DNA from: Gammaproteobacteria bacterium | GTDB lineage: Bacteria > Pseudomonadota > Gammaproteobacteria > CAJXQU01 | Reading direction: 5' to 3' | NCBI GenBank assembly: GCA_965238175.1 | Contig: CBDEGZ010000003.1 | Span: 3,104,001 to 3,168,000 of the forward strand | Length of the DNA: 64,000 bases | Part shown: positions 1 through 10,018 of the stretch, one piece after another | How positions within the stretch are numbered: the stretch's first letter is position 1 | Layout: the number at the start of each line of letters is the position of its first letter | The notes under the pieces: model-generated | Seen by the model: the letters and a program-made list of their open reading frames with translations, nothing else | Databases searched by the model: none | What the model was told of the DNA's origin: nothing | Translations under genes and position numbers: made by a program

Positions 1-1651
1 TCAAACGTTGCTTTTTGAGTTCTACCAATTGTTGATTGACTTTTTGCAAAACCGCAAGTACCTGATCTTTCTCAATCTTTGCTTGTCGAGCTTTATCTAA
101 AACTTGTGTTACCTGCGATTGAATTTTACTTCTGACATTTTGAATATTTTTTTCATTACGCAACCGATATTGTTCGTGTGCATCTTTAAATTTTTCTATG
201 ATCTGCTTGGTTTCAATAGTTGCTAGTTGTTTAACTTTTTGTATTTCTATGCTTCTGGATCGCTGCTTTTCTATACCCACTGAAAACCTGTCCAATTGCT
301 CACTCATTTTTTCACGTTCTGTCGCCAACTGCTGCTCAAAACTATTACGCCTCGTAAGCTCATAAGATTTATGTTTTTCTAATCGTGTCTTAATCAATTC
401 TAGCTCTTTCGAGACATGTTTCAAGGTCAACTCTTTTTGTTCAGTACCCTGCTCACTTTCAATCTGCTTTTGTTCTTCCTGAATGTAGCTCTGCGCATTC
501 TCTAACTGTGCTCGTAGTCGACCAAGTTCACTTGCTTGATCATGACTATCTATTGTTGCTTCATGAGCTTCTTCATATTTTTGCAGGTTATCTTCCAACG
601 ATCCATTTGCTGGGATACTTTCTATCTGATCAATTTTTTTGCGTGCTTCTACCAGAATGCCTAAATCTTCGATCGGTTTAGGATCTTCCGATTCTTGAAG
701 TTCAGTTTCACCTTTATCATTTTGCTTTTTATCAAGCCCTTCTTGAGCAATAAGATGAACTTCCGTACTTAACATCAACTTCAACTCACCCATCCGTTGA
801 TCGATCGAGGTCATTCGTCTTTCCAGAAGTGTACCTGCAAGACTATTCTTTGCCTCAAGCTCTTTCTCTTCTTGCTCGGATACTAATAAAGAAAATTCAA
901 TCAATTCATCATAATCTTTGCGAGCCAGTTTCAGTAAGTGACCGGTAGTCAACATTGTTACAGTCGCTGTTCGTTTTTGATCCTCTAACAGTGCTTCGTC
1001 ACCAAAAAACTCTCCCACACCCAGCTCGGCCAATGTTTCAGTTTCACCAGAATTAAAATCACGTTTAGTAACTGCACAGCGGCCTTCACCAATAAAATAA
1101 AAATAATTACCCGGCATATTTTGAGTAATTATTTGATCTCCTTTTTTGACTTTCATGTTTTCAAATCGTGCCGCGAAACCTTCTGTAAGGGAAGGTGAAA
1201 TTCGTGAAAAAATATCCAACGAAAAAAGTGGCCTCAGCCAATTTAGACTTTCTTCAGCAAGCTCTCTTTCTGTACTTATGCCTGTTTCCGATTCAGTTTC
1301 ATCAACATAATTGTTCAGTGCTTCGACATATGATTTGTTGACAGTTAAGAGAACCACACGTGTTTTTGCCTTTGCGGACAGAAATACATCTTGATTTAAA
1401 GGATCTTTCGCTTTTTCAGTACCAGCCAGAATTGTTTCACTAAACTCGAATTTTTTGTATATATCAGCATCACCTTCTAACAAATAGAAGAGTCTTTCTT
1501 GCTCTTGCTGAAATAGTTCGCTTCCTGTGGGAAGCATGGTGATTTCTGAACGACTGATCAATTTCCCCTGAAGTTCAGACGACAGACGCACTACCGGGTT
1601 TAGTCGGCATATTTGTTCATGGTACTTTTCTTCAGGTTTTTCTTGTCTCAT
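1..1651 (-). CDS. cyclic nucleotide-binding domain protein with long coiled-coil C-terminus (runs off the window edge)
   Basis: Not in ORF track. ATG at 1651 (MRQEKPEEKYHEQICRLNP...). cNMP signature GDQIITQNMPGNYFYFIGEG...LAELGVGEFFGDEALL..RTATV, preceded by a degenerate copy (ERLFYLLEG) and followed by E/K/Q-rich heptads. Confidence 0.8.
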   Translation of the reverse strand, partial: MRQEKPEEKYHEQICRLNPVVRLSSELQGKLISRSEITMLPTGSELFQQEQERLFYLLEGDADIYKKFEFSETILAGTEKAKDPLNQDVFLSAKAKTRVVLLTVNKSYVEALNNYVDETESETGISTERELAEESLNWLRPLFSLDIFSRISPSLTEGFAARFENMKVKKGDQIITQNMPGNYFYFIGEGRCAVTKRDFNSGETETLAELGVGEFFGDEALLEDQKRTATVTMLTTGHLLKLARKDYDELIEFSLLVSEQEEKELEAKNSLAGTLLERRMTSIDQRMGELKLMLSTEVHLIAQEGLDKKQNDKGETELQESEDPKPIEDLGILVEARKKIDQIESIPANGSLEDNLQKYEEAHEATIDSHDQASELGRLRAQLENAQSYIQEEQKQIESEQGTEQKELTLKHVSKELELIKTRLEKHKSYELTRRNSFEQQLATEREKMSEQLDRFSVGIEKQRSRSIEIQKVKQLATIETKQIIEKFKDAHEQYRLRNEKNIQNVRSKIQSQVTQVLDKARQAKIEKDQVLAVLQKVNQQLVELKKQRL

Positions 1652-1668
1652 TAGTTGTTATTACAATT

Positions 1669-1881
1669 TCAGGCATCCATATCTGGTATTAGCTGGCTTC
1701 TCAACTGCGCTATTTGATCCTTTAATGCCAGTTTACGTTTCTTCAATCGTTTCAATTTTAGTAAATCAGTCCCTAAATCCTTAGAAAATTCTTTTATTGA
1801 GATATCTAAGTTACGATGCTCATGTTCTAACTCGACCAGTTGTGTTTTGACCAAAGATAATTTTTTCTTTTCCAAAGTCAT
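1669..1881 (-). CDS. DUF465/YdcH family small coiled-coil protein
   Basis: LEHEHRNLD...LKRLKKRKLALKDQI motif. Confidence 0.85.
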   Translation of the reverse strand: MTLEKKKLSLVKTQLVELEHEHRNLDISIKEFSKDLGTDLLKLKRLKKRKLALKDQIAQLRSQLIPDMDA

Positions 1882-2122
1882 TCTCTCTTATTGAAATTAG
1901 TCAAACAGACCAACTTCCAACTAAATTTTAGCGCCAAAATATTAGAATCGCTCGTATTCTCCATTCTAGCAAGTATTTAGTTGCATTTTTTAGTTAAAAC
2001 CTATGCAATATTTATGACAATCTACAAAACTCGTAAATTATAACTATCCGATTTAACTAGCAGTTTACCTTCATCATGTGAATTTCTGCAATTATTGCTT
2101 AACCAACACTCTAATTATCTCG

Positions 2123-3157
2123 TTATTTCTTACCAATTGTTCTAGAGATCACAAACAAACCAGATAACAACATCCATAAAGCGGCAGGTATCGGAACCGG
2201 TGAAGCTGCACTCGCAAATTGTAAGTTTCTGATCCCAATGTCATCAGAACGAGAATCCTCATTAAATTCGAGCAGTAAAAAAGGCGTATCCGAGACAATA
2301 CCTATGAATCGTACATCATCATAGTTATCACTGTACAATCCTTCGTTTGCTTCTGTTGTCGGATCGTTATAATAACCAGGGATCACCGGTAGACCCCCAG
2401 TCTCTTCTTTGATTTTAAAGGTTTGGTTGTTAGCATCCGTAATCGTGATAGATTCGCGACCATAGGAATAAAGCCCGCCATCTGAACTTTGGCCATTTAT
2501 CGTCACATCAACATATTTTTTATTGTTGACGAGTTCAAATGCAAAAGCATAAAGCTCAGGACCACTGGTAATCTCAATCTTAAAATCGTCGTTGTCCCAC
2601 TTAAAGGGATCACCATCCGCAACTTCATCAGTATCAAAGCCACCAAACTTCCCAATTGAAAGCACATTTGTAAAAGCATTTATCTGTTCAAAATTACGCT
2701 TATTAATTCTATCATTGTAAATAATATGTGCCTCAGCGGTATCACCACTCATATATTTCGTGCCATGTTCATTAGTCACTTTATCCGTTTCAAGCGCACT
2801 GATCTGAAAGCTCCATTGAAAGTTCGTATCGGCTTTATTAAAACTTGCCACTCTTCCCAGATCGATATTATTACCGGCAGAATTCCAATCTATTCGCGCC
2901 GATTCAAAATCTGGATGTGATGGATCTGGTAGTGAAGCAATCCCTCCATTCACTGTTGACGAAATATTGGTATGGCTTATTTCGAATGTCGAATGATCAA
3001 GATGTCGCGAAAAGGTTGTTGTCATATCCGCTTGCCATTCTGTGAAACTAGTCGAGAAAAGTATTGCCGCATGAGCGGACATTACCGAAAATTGGAATGT
3101 GATAAACCCAATACAAACTAATATTAATTTTTTGATTAATTTCCTTATTGTTTTCAT
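2123..3157 (-). CDS. exported protein with PEP-CTERM/VPLPA-CTERM sorting signal
   Basis: Signal peptide ending AHA; C-terminal PVPIPAALWMLLSGLFVISR..KK. Confidence 0.8.
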   Translation of the reverse strand: MKTIRKLIKKLILVCIGFITFQFSVMSAHAAILFSTSFTEWQADMTTTFSRHLDHSTFEISHTNISSTVNGGIASLPDPSHPDFESARIDWNSAGNNIDLGRVASFNKADTNFQWSFQISALETDKVTNEHGTKYMSGDTAEAHIIYNDRINKRNFEQINAFTNVLSIGKFGGFDTDEVADGDPFKWDNDDFKIEITSGPELYAFAFELVNNKKYVDVTINGQSSDGGLYSYGRESITITDANNQTFKIKEETGGLPVIPGYYNDPTTEANEGLYSDNYDDVRFIGIVSDTPFLLLEFNEDSRSDDIGIRNLQFASAASPVPIPAALWMLLSGLFVISRTIGKK

Positions 3158-3317
3158 GATCCCTTCCCGAGAGCATTTTTTTCAATCGTTAGAACAATTC
3201 TCCGTTAAAAACACCTCACAAGTCAAATACGCACAACTACTCTGTACAAACCTATCTAATTGATTTATATGACTTTATAAAATTCGCTATTTAAAACAAC
3301 TGTTTCATCTAAATAAT

Positions 3318-3878
3318 TTAGCGGATTTTTTCCCCTGTGACAGCATCTCGAATACTTGTTGGGTTTGTTTTTTTGGATAAGTTCTCGTGCAAAATATAAT
3401 TTAAGTGATCATCAAACATCATTTGAACTTTCCAGCCAGATTCTGCAGGTGGTTTACCGGCAACATTTGCACTGGTAGATACAACGGGCCCTGCTAACTG
3501 ACATAGAGCTTGACATAAAGGGTGTGATGACACCCGGACTGCAAGTCCATTATGCTTCCCTCGTAACCACTTAGGACATTGCTTTGATGCTGGAAGTATC
3601 CAGGTAAACGGGCCTGGCCAGGTCGATGTAACTTTAATTTTGATCTGTTGATTCGGAAAAGTGATCAATTGATAAAGTTGAGTTATATCGGCGGCAATAA
3701 CGATCAAACCTTTGTGAACTGGCCTTTTCTTGATCGTTAAAATTTTCAAAACCGCTTTTTCATTCCAAGGATCGCAACCTAGGCCATAGACAGTCTCTGT
3801 TGGGTAGCCGATAACACCACCTATTTCGATCTCTTGGGAAGCACGTTTTAGATGCCAGCTAGAGTAATGTTTAGCCAA
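3318..3878 (-). CDS. tsaC: L-threonylcarbamoyladenylate synthase (Sua5/YrdC)
   Basis: YPTETVYGLGCDP, KKRP..KGLI, WPGP and STSAN motifs. Confidence 0.93.
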   Translation of the reverse strand: MAKHYSSWHLKRASQEIEIGGVIGYPTETVYGLGCDPWNEKAVLKILTIKKRPVHKGLIVIAADITQLYQLITFPNQQIKIKVTSTWPGPFTWILPASKQCPKWLRGKHNGLAVRVSSHPLCQALCQLAGPVVSTSANVAGKPPAESGWKVQMMFDDHLNYILHENLSKKTNPTSIRDAVTGEKIR

Positions 3879-3894
3879 AGCACATCTCTTAAAC

Positions 3895-6312
3895 TTATTT
3901 AGATTTTGTCTTTGCCTTCGCCTTGGCTTTTTTCTTCGCCTTACTTTTAGCCTTAGATTTGGCTTTATTCTTAGTCTTAGCTTTTACCTTAGTTTTAGCC
4001 TTTGCTTTAGCTTTTCGTTTACCACGTCCACGTTCTGGTGCTTCTTCAATCATCTTTGTCGCTTCTTCTAAAGTGATCGATTCTGGTTCTTTATCTTTTG
4101 GGATCCGGGCATTTTTCTTGCCATCAGTAACATAAGGACCATAGCGCCCTTTTAGTACCTTTATATCGGTCCCTGCAAATTCTTTTATATTCTTTTCTGC
4201 ATCTTCTTTTTTCTTCAGCTCGATCAATTCTAACGCTCGATCGAGCGTGATGGTGTAAGGATCATCATCATCTTTGATAGATACATACTTATTGCCATAT
4301 CGAACATATGGACCAAAACGACCAACATTGGTCGAAACAGGATTTCCTTCTAAATCTTCACCCAGATCACGAGGAAGTTTGGTTAACTCCATGGCCTCTT
4401 CTAAAGTGATAGTATCGAGCTTTTGACCTGCTTGTAAACCATAAAACCGAGGCTTTTCATCCGCTTCCGCATCACCAATCTGAACATAGGCACCGAAACG
4501 TCCCATACGCACCGTGACTGGCTCACCTGTTTTTGGATCTGTACCTAATTCACGCGCTTGATTAGCATCTTTACGAGAAACATTTTCTTCTTTATCAAGT
4601 AATTGTTTCTCAAATGGCGTCCAAAATTCTTCAAGAACAGGGATCCATTGTTTTTCACCACGAGAAATTTCATCCAGTTTATCTTCAAGATTCGCCGTGA
4701 ATTCGTAATCAACATAAGTTGAAAAATGATCTGTCAGAAATTTGTTTACGAGACGTCCCATATCCGTTGGTGTGAAACGTTTCTTCTCAAACTCAACATA
4801 TTCTCTGTGTAATAAAGTTGAAATGATCGAAGCATACGTAGAAGGTCTTCCGATGCCATACTCTTCTAGTGTTTTAACAATGCTTGCTTCCGTAAAACGT
4901 GGAGGTGGTTCGGTGAAATGTTGATCGGCGAAAACGTCATTAAGATTGACCGTTTCACCTTCTTTTAGGACTGGTAATTTCTTTTCGTCACTATCACTTT
5001 CGTTGCTGTCATCTTTACCTTCAAGATAGACTGCCATAAAACCAGGATCTGCAACTGTCGAACCACTCGCACGAAAATTGTTCCCTTCGCCACATTTTAA
5101 ATCAACACCGACTTGATCAATCGTCGCATGCTTCATCTGACAAGCTACGGTTCGCTTCCAGATCAGATCATAAAGTTTGAATTGATCAGCACTCAGAAAC
5201 GGCTTCATATCTGTCGGCGTTCTTCTTGCCGAAGTCGGCCGTACGGCCTCATGCGCTTCCTGAGCATTTTTGGATTTACTCTTAAACATCCTTGGTTCAG
5301 GAGGAATTTCCGTTGTGCCATATCGTTCAGATACGAAATCACGGATCTCGTTCAGCGCTTCTTGCGCTAAATTTACCGAGTCGGTTCTCATATAGGTGAT
5401 CAAACCAACAGAACCTTCTTCAATATTGATTCCTTCGTAAAGCTGCTGTGCCGTCCGCATAACACGCTGCGCGGTAAAACCGAGTTTCCGTACACCTTCT
5501 TGTTGTAATGTCGAAGTAATGAAAGGCGGTGACGGATTCCTTTTTCTTTGTTTTTTCTCAACACGGCTAACGAGCAATTGGCCACCGGCCTTCTCGATCA
5601 GATCATCTCGGATCTTGTTTGCATTTTCTGCATCAGTGACAGAAAATTGTTTGATTTTTTCGTTCTGATAGAGATTTAATTTCGCACCAAAACTAACGCC
5701 ACCATGCGTATTAGATGCTTCTATTGTCCAATATTCCTTTGGATCAAAACGTTCGATTTCTTCCTCACGCTCAACGATTAAACGTAATGCTGGGCTTTGA
5801 ACACGACCTGCTGAAAGTCCTCGTGCAATTTTTTTCCAAAGTAATGGTGATAGATTAAAACCTACCAGATAATCAAGCGCACGCCGTGCCTGCTGTGCGT
5901 TAACCATCTCCATCGACAGTCCACGTGGTGCCTTAATCGCTTCTTGAATTGCACCTTTAGTAATTTCACTAAAAACAACCCGAAAAACCTCTTTGTTTTT
6001 TAGTAATTTCTTATCTTTAAGGATCTCAGCCAGGTGCCATGAAATGGCTTCTCCTTCGCGGTCCAAATCCGTCGCGAGATAAAGCGCATCGGCTTTCTTC
6101 ATCGCTTTGACGATCGCCGCAACGTGTTTGTTATTTTGGTCGACGGTTTCGTATTTCATTTCAAAACCGTGTTCGGTATCAACCGCACCTTTCTTCGGCA
6201 TTAAATCACGGACGTGACCGTACGAAGCCAAAACCTCGAAGTCTTTACCTAGGTAGCGTTTTATTGTGTTTGCTTTGGCCGGAGACTCGACCACAACCAG
6301 ATTACTTGTCAT
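3895..6312 (-). CDS. topA: DNA topoisomerase I
   Basis: VVESPAKA, ATDLDREGEAI, SAGRVQS, ITYMRTDS; C-terminal GRFGPY repeats and Lys/Ala tail. Confidence 0.97.
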   Translation of the reverse strand: MTSNLVVVESPAKANTIKRYLGKDFEVLASYGHVRDLMPKKGAVDTEHGFEMKYETVDQNNKHVAAIVKAMKKADALYLATDLDREGEAISWHLAEILKDKKLLKNKEVFRVVFSEITKGAIQEAIKAPRGLSMEMVNAQQARRALDYLVGFNLSPLLWKKIARGLSAGRVQSPALRLIVEREEEIERFDPKEYWTIEASNTHGGVSFGAKLNLYQNEKIKQFSVTDAENANKIRDDLIEKAGGQLLVSRVEKKQRKRNPSPPFITSTLQQEGVRKLGFTAQRVMRTAQQLYEGINIEEGSVGLITYMRTDSVNLAQEALNEIRDFVSERYGTTEIPPEPRMFKSKSKNAQEAHEAVRPTSARRTPTDMKPFLSADQFKLYDLIWKRTVACQMKHATIDQVGVDLKCGEGNNFRASGSTVADPGFMAVYLEGKDDSNESDSDEKKLPVLKEGETVNLNDVFADQHFTEPPPRFTEASIVKTLEEYGIGRPSTYASIISTLLHREYVEFEKKRFTPTDMGRLVNKFLTDHFSTYVDYEFTANLEDKLDEISRGEKQWIPVLEEFWTPFEKQLLDKEENVSRKDANQARELGTDPKTGEPVTVRMGRFGAYVQIGDAEADEKPRFYGLQAGQKLDTITLEEAMELTKLPRDLGEDLEGNPVSTNVGRFGPYVRYGNKYVSIKDDDDPYTITLDRALELIELKKKEDAEKNIKEFAGTDIKVLKGRYGPYVTDGKKNARIPKDKEPESITLEEATKMIEEAPERGRGKRKAKAKAKTKVKAKTKNKAKSKAKSKAKKKAKAKAKTKSK

Positions 6313-6331
6313 ATAAAATCAAAATGAAGCG

Positions 6332-6811
6332 TTAGTGCAAAATACCGTTATGTTCATCCATGATCAAATCTTCCATCCAACCAAAGGCTTTTTCAGAACC
6401 TGGTTGGTTAAATAAGACCATCAGAACAATCCATTTTAACTGTTCCATGTCAATCATATTGGACTCCAATACCATGACTCGATCGAGTATTAATTCGCGG
6501 CTATGGTGCCCTATCACGCCGATCTGTTCAAGGAACATCAAAAATCCGCGGCTTTCTAGATCTAGTTTTCCTTGCTCTTTATAAGTGTAAATGCGCACAG
6601 CTGTGCTTTCTGCCTGCTCACTAATCGCGATGTTGTCTTGCTGAGCAGTTAGCCCTTCTAGCCATGTAAATGCCTTTCCAATCTGTATCTCATCAAAGCC
6701 TGATTGTTGTAATTCTGGACGCAATGACTCCTGATCGATGGAAATATCATTCTCATTATCAATATAATTCTCAAAAAGAAAAATCAACACATCCAGTTCA
6801 GTTTGTTTCAT
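6332..6811 (-). CDS. smg: Smg/DUF494 protein
   Basis: DVLIFLFENY...LKWIVLMVLFNQPG; lies between dprA and topA. Confidence 0.92.
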   Translation of the reverse strand: MKQTELDVLIFLFENYIDNENDISIDQESLRPELQQSGFDEIQIGKAFTWLEGLTAQQDNIAISEQAESTAVRIYTYKEQGKLDLESRGFLMFLEQIGVIGHHSRELILDRVMVLESNMIDMEQLKWIVLMVLFNQPGSEKAFGWMEDLIMDEHNGILH

Positions 6812-6841
6812 ATTCTAATTACTTAATTCTTCTATGTTGCT

Positions 6842-8008
6842 TCAGCATTTTCTAACATACCTTCCACCGGCTTGAGACTCGACATAGCCCTCTAACTCTA
6901 GGGCCAACAGGATGGAGGAAACATCACTAGCAGTCAATCCCGTTCGTTCAACAATTTCATTTACTGTGATCGGATCGTAGCCCAAACTTTCCAGTAATCG
7001 ATTTTGTTCACCTTGTAACGGTGCACTGGTATCTACAGATGAGGTGATAACAGAAGAGGCATTTGTCAGTATTGTACTTTGATCAGAAATTGAAGCTTCG
7101 TATAAAGGCCCTAAATCTTCAATAATATCCTCTACCGATTCGACCAATTTTGCACCTTCACGGATCAAAGCATGGCAACCCTTCGATTGCGGATTATGGA
7201 TAGAGCCAGGAACAGCAAATACCTCTTTTCCTTGCTCTAATGCAAAACGAGCAGTGATTAAAGAACCACTTTGTTTAGCCGCTTCGACAACGAGCGCCCC
7301 TAAAGCCAACCCACTGATCACTCTGTTTCTGCGAGGAAAGTTTTCTTTTCGAGGCATTGCTCCGGGCACAAATTCCGAAACTATCGCTCCCGTTTCAACG
7401 ATCTGTTCGGCTAATTTTAAGTGTCGTGCAGGATATATTCTATCTGGCCCTGTACCTAAAATCGCAATGGTTTTCCCACTCGCAGCCAACGCTCCTTGGT
7501 GTGCAGCAGCATCAATACCCAATGCCAATCCACTGGTAACGACCAAACCTGCTAACGCCAACGCTTGTGCAAATTCACGTGCGATTTCCAACCCACCTGG
7601 CGTGGCAGCTCGACTTCCTATAATCGATAGTTGTGGCTTTGACAATAATTCAGGATCACCATTTACATATAAAAGTATAGGTGGATCATTTAATTCCTTT
7701 AATAAAAACGGGTATCGGCGATCGTGCAGAGTAACTATGTGGTGTCGAGAATGGGCATCTATCCAACCCACGTCTTCTTCTACTTGGCGATCCGCATTCT
7801 TGATTTGATTTATGACGGTAGAAGTCAGTCCAGCATGCTTTAATTCTGCTGGCGAAGCATTGAAAATATGTTTTGGTGATTCAAACTTTTCCAGCAGCGC
7901 AAGGATCCTTTTGGGCCCAAATCCTTTAACACGATTTAAAGCTAACCAATCTTGCAGATCCTTATCGCCATCTAATCCAGAGTTCATTGATTGTTCAGTA
8001 TCTGACAA
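6842..8008 (-). CDS. dprA: DNA-processing protein DprA
   Basis: GSR, SGLALGIDAAAH, FPRRNRVISGL, SGSLITA motifs; C-terminal winged helix. Confidence 0.95.
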   Translation of the reverse strand: MSDTEQSMNSGLDGDKDLQDWLALNRVKGFGPKRILALLEKFESPKHIFNASPAELKHAGLTSTVINQIKNADRQVEEDVGWIDAHSRHHIVTLHDRRYPFLLKELNDPPILLYVNGDPELLSKPQLSIIGSRAATPGGLEIAREFAQALALAGLVVTSGLALGIDAAAHQGALAASGKTIAILGTGPDRIYPARHLKLAEQIVETGAIVSEFVPGAMPRKENFPRRNRVISGLALGALVVEAAKQSGSLITARFALEQGKEVFAVPGSIHNPQSKGCHALIREGAKLVESVEDIIEDLGPLYEASISDQSTILTNASSVITSSVDTSAPLQGEQNRLLESLGYDPITVNEIVERTGLTASDVSSILLALELEGYVESQAGGRYVRKC

Positions 8009-8087
8009 CTCTCTTACATCACTCTACCCAAAGACCGGCGATGGTATCAGAGAAATGATCTTTCTCGAAATTCAGGAGTTACGTATG

Positions 8088-8227
8088 GAGACCTCAGCAT
8101 AACGTAGCGAGCGAAGCCAAGACGAGGCAAAATATAGGCCCAAAAGCGGAGTTTTCTGGTGTAAATGAGTATTTTAAGCCTATTTTTAACAAAGTATTGG
8201 CAAGCGTAGTAGTTATGCTGAGGCCTC
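8088..8227. mobile_element. 140-bp palindromic MITE-like element (GAGACC-ended family)
   Basis: Terminal inverted repeats GAGACCTCAGCATAAC / GTTATGCTGAGGCCTC (15/16 match); internal arms AAAATATAGGC/GCCTATTTTT; abuts the restored lysM stop. Confidence 0.75.
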
Positions 8228-9323
8228 TTACGGTAAATGTACCGCATCATAAATATGTGCAGGGCGCTCTAGATCCATCACCAAAGCGTAACTAACCTTT
8301 TCGAACGTGCGGGAAAACCATCAACTCACCAATGCGTTCTTCTGGTAACTCAATCAATTCACTCAGACCAAAATGTTGCTGCTCATAAGCAATTGGATCA
8401 CGTATCAAGCGGCCACTTTCATGAATTGAAAGTACGTGCCCAGCCTCAAGGCCAGCTTTATTACCTATATTCAGAACCACCATTTGATACTGGCCAATTT
8501 GGGAAACACCATCGATAACGGAAATGATTTTGCCATTAATCTCATGATCTGGAGCATGCGGAATAAATTTCTCGCTGATAGGATCTTCTTCTGGTAATAG
8601 CCGATCACCAATTAAAACTTCCTGCTTTGATAAGGTAATGAACACGGTAGAGGGATCCCCAAAATGCTGCATTTCCGCATCAGCTACATAGATTGCCTCA
8701 TAGCCAAGTATCTTACCCTTACTATTTTCACCAGCAGGCACATCTCGATAGACCTCACCACTACGGAAGATCATATAACGGTGTTGTTGCTCGTTTTCAT
8801 TAATGCCACGTACATAGACCTTATTCTCTGCACCTGCGATCAAATGCTCATCCTGACTAGCGACGACATACGGCGCGAGTTCAAGGGTATCACTGGCAAC
8901 AACACGTGGTCGCGATAAAAAGGGACGTATAACATCCAATGGGATAGCCGGTATTGCATGATCGTTTATTGAAGCTCTTACACTTGGAGAAAGCTTAACA
9001 GTCCTTCCTCCAGATACAGATTTAGATGCATATTTAGATGCAGATCCAGATACCATTTTCAGACACGGTTTTCCATTGCAAAGTGTAAGCTCCAGAACAT
9101 CTCCCGGATAGATCAAATGAGGATTTTTAATTTGCGGGTTAACTTGCCATATCTCAGACCACAACCAGGGACTTTTTAAAAAGATAGCCGAAATATCCCA
9201 TAACGTATCACCTTTTTTTACAACATATTGTTGTGGATGATCTGTGCGAAGCTTGATATCTTCCGACATCGCCGTACATGAAATGCAAAACATAAACATG
9301 AAATAAATGATTTTTTTAGCCAT
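8228..9323 (-). pseudogene. LysM peptidoglycan-binding protein (TsaP-like), frameshifted near the 3' end
   Basis: YVVKKGDTLWDIS..FLKSPWLW..IW..NPQIKNPHLIYPG. Track ORF stops at 8292; removing one base at 8311-8317 restores VFRTFEKVSYALVMDLERPAHIYDAVHLP* ending at 8228. Could be a sequencing error. Confidence 0.8.
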
Positions 9324-9472
9324 TTTAAACCCTTAACACCTCTATGTGTGAGACCATTGTGTGAATTATTCTGCAAGAAACGTGCACAAACGTATTAGAG
9401 CTTCACGTTTGTACTCGAAGTTTGCTATACTGTCTCTTAAATTAATTAACTGCTTTTAACCTGCTTAATTTT

Positions 9473-9976
9473 ATGACAATACTTGATATTCTCATCTACC
9501 CAGATCCAAGATTGCGACTCGTAGCAAAACCTGTAGAAAAGGTTGATAGCTCTATACATCGACTGTTAGACGATATGCTTGAGACTATGTACGATGAATC
9601 AGGCGTTGGATTAGCCGCAACACAAGTGGGTATTCAAAAACGTATTTTGGTTGCAGATGTCTCAACCAGAGAAGACTCCCCACTTTATCTGATCAACCCT
9701 GTAATAACTTACGCTGAAGGTAAAAGAGAAAAAGAAGAAGGTTGCCTTTCTCTTCCTGAGGTTAATGAAATCGTTGAGCGTGCAGACAGGATCCACGTAA
9801 AAGCACTTGATCGAAGTGGAAAAGAAATAGAAATGGATGCTGAAGGTACCCTGGCAATCTGTATCCAACATGAAATTGATCATCTGGATGGGAAACTATT
9901 TGTAGATTATATCTCTGCCCTCAAGCGCAACAGAATTAGAAAAAAGATGGAAAAACGCCTCCGTCAGGCCAGCTAA
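9473..9976 (+). CDS. def: peptide deformylase
   Basis: [22 protein letters not shown]. Confidence 0.97.
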   Translation: MTILDILIYPDPRLRLVAKPVEKVDSSIHRLLDDMLETMYDESGVGLAATQVGIQKRILVADVSTREDSPLYLINPVITYAEGKREKEEGCLSLPEVNEIVERADRIHVKALDRSGKEIEMDAEGTLAICIQHEIDHLDGKLFVDYISALKRNRIRKKMEKRLRQAS

Positions 9977-10018
9977 ATCAACTACTGATCAAAAACAGTT
10001 TCAGGCTCCAATATACAG

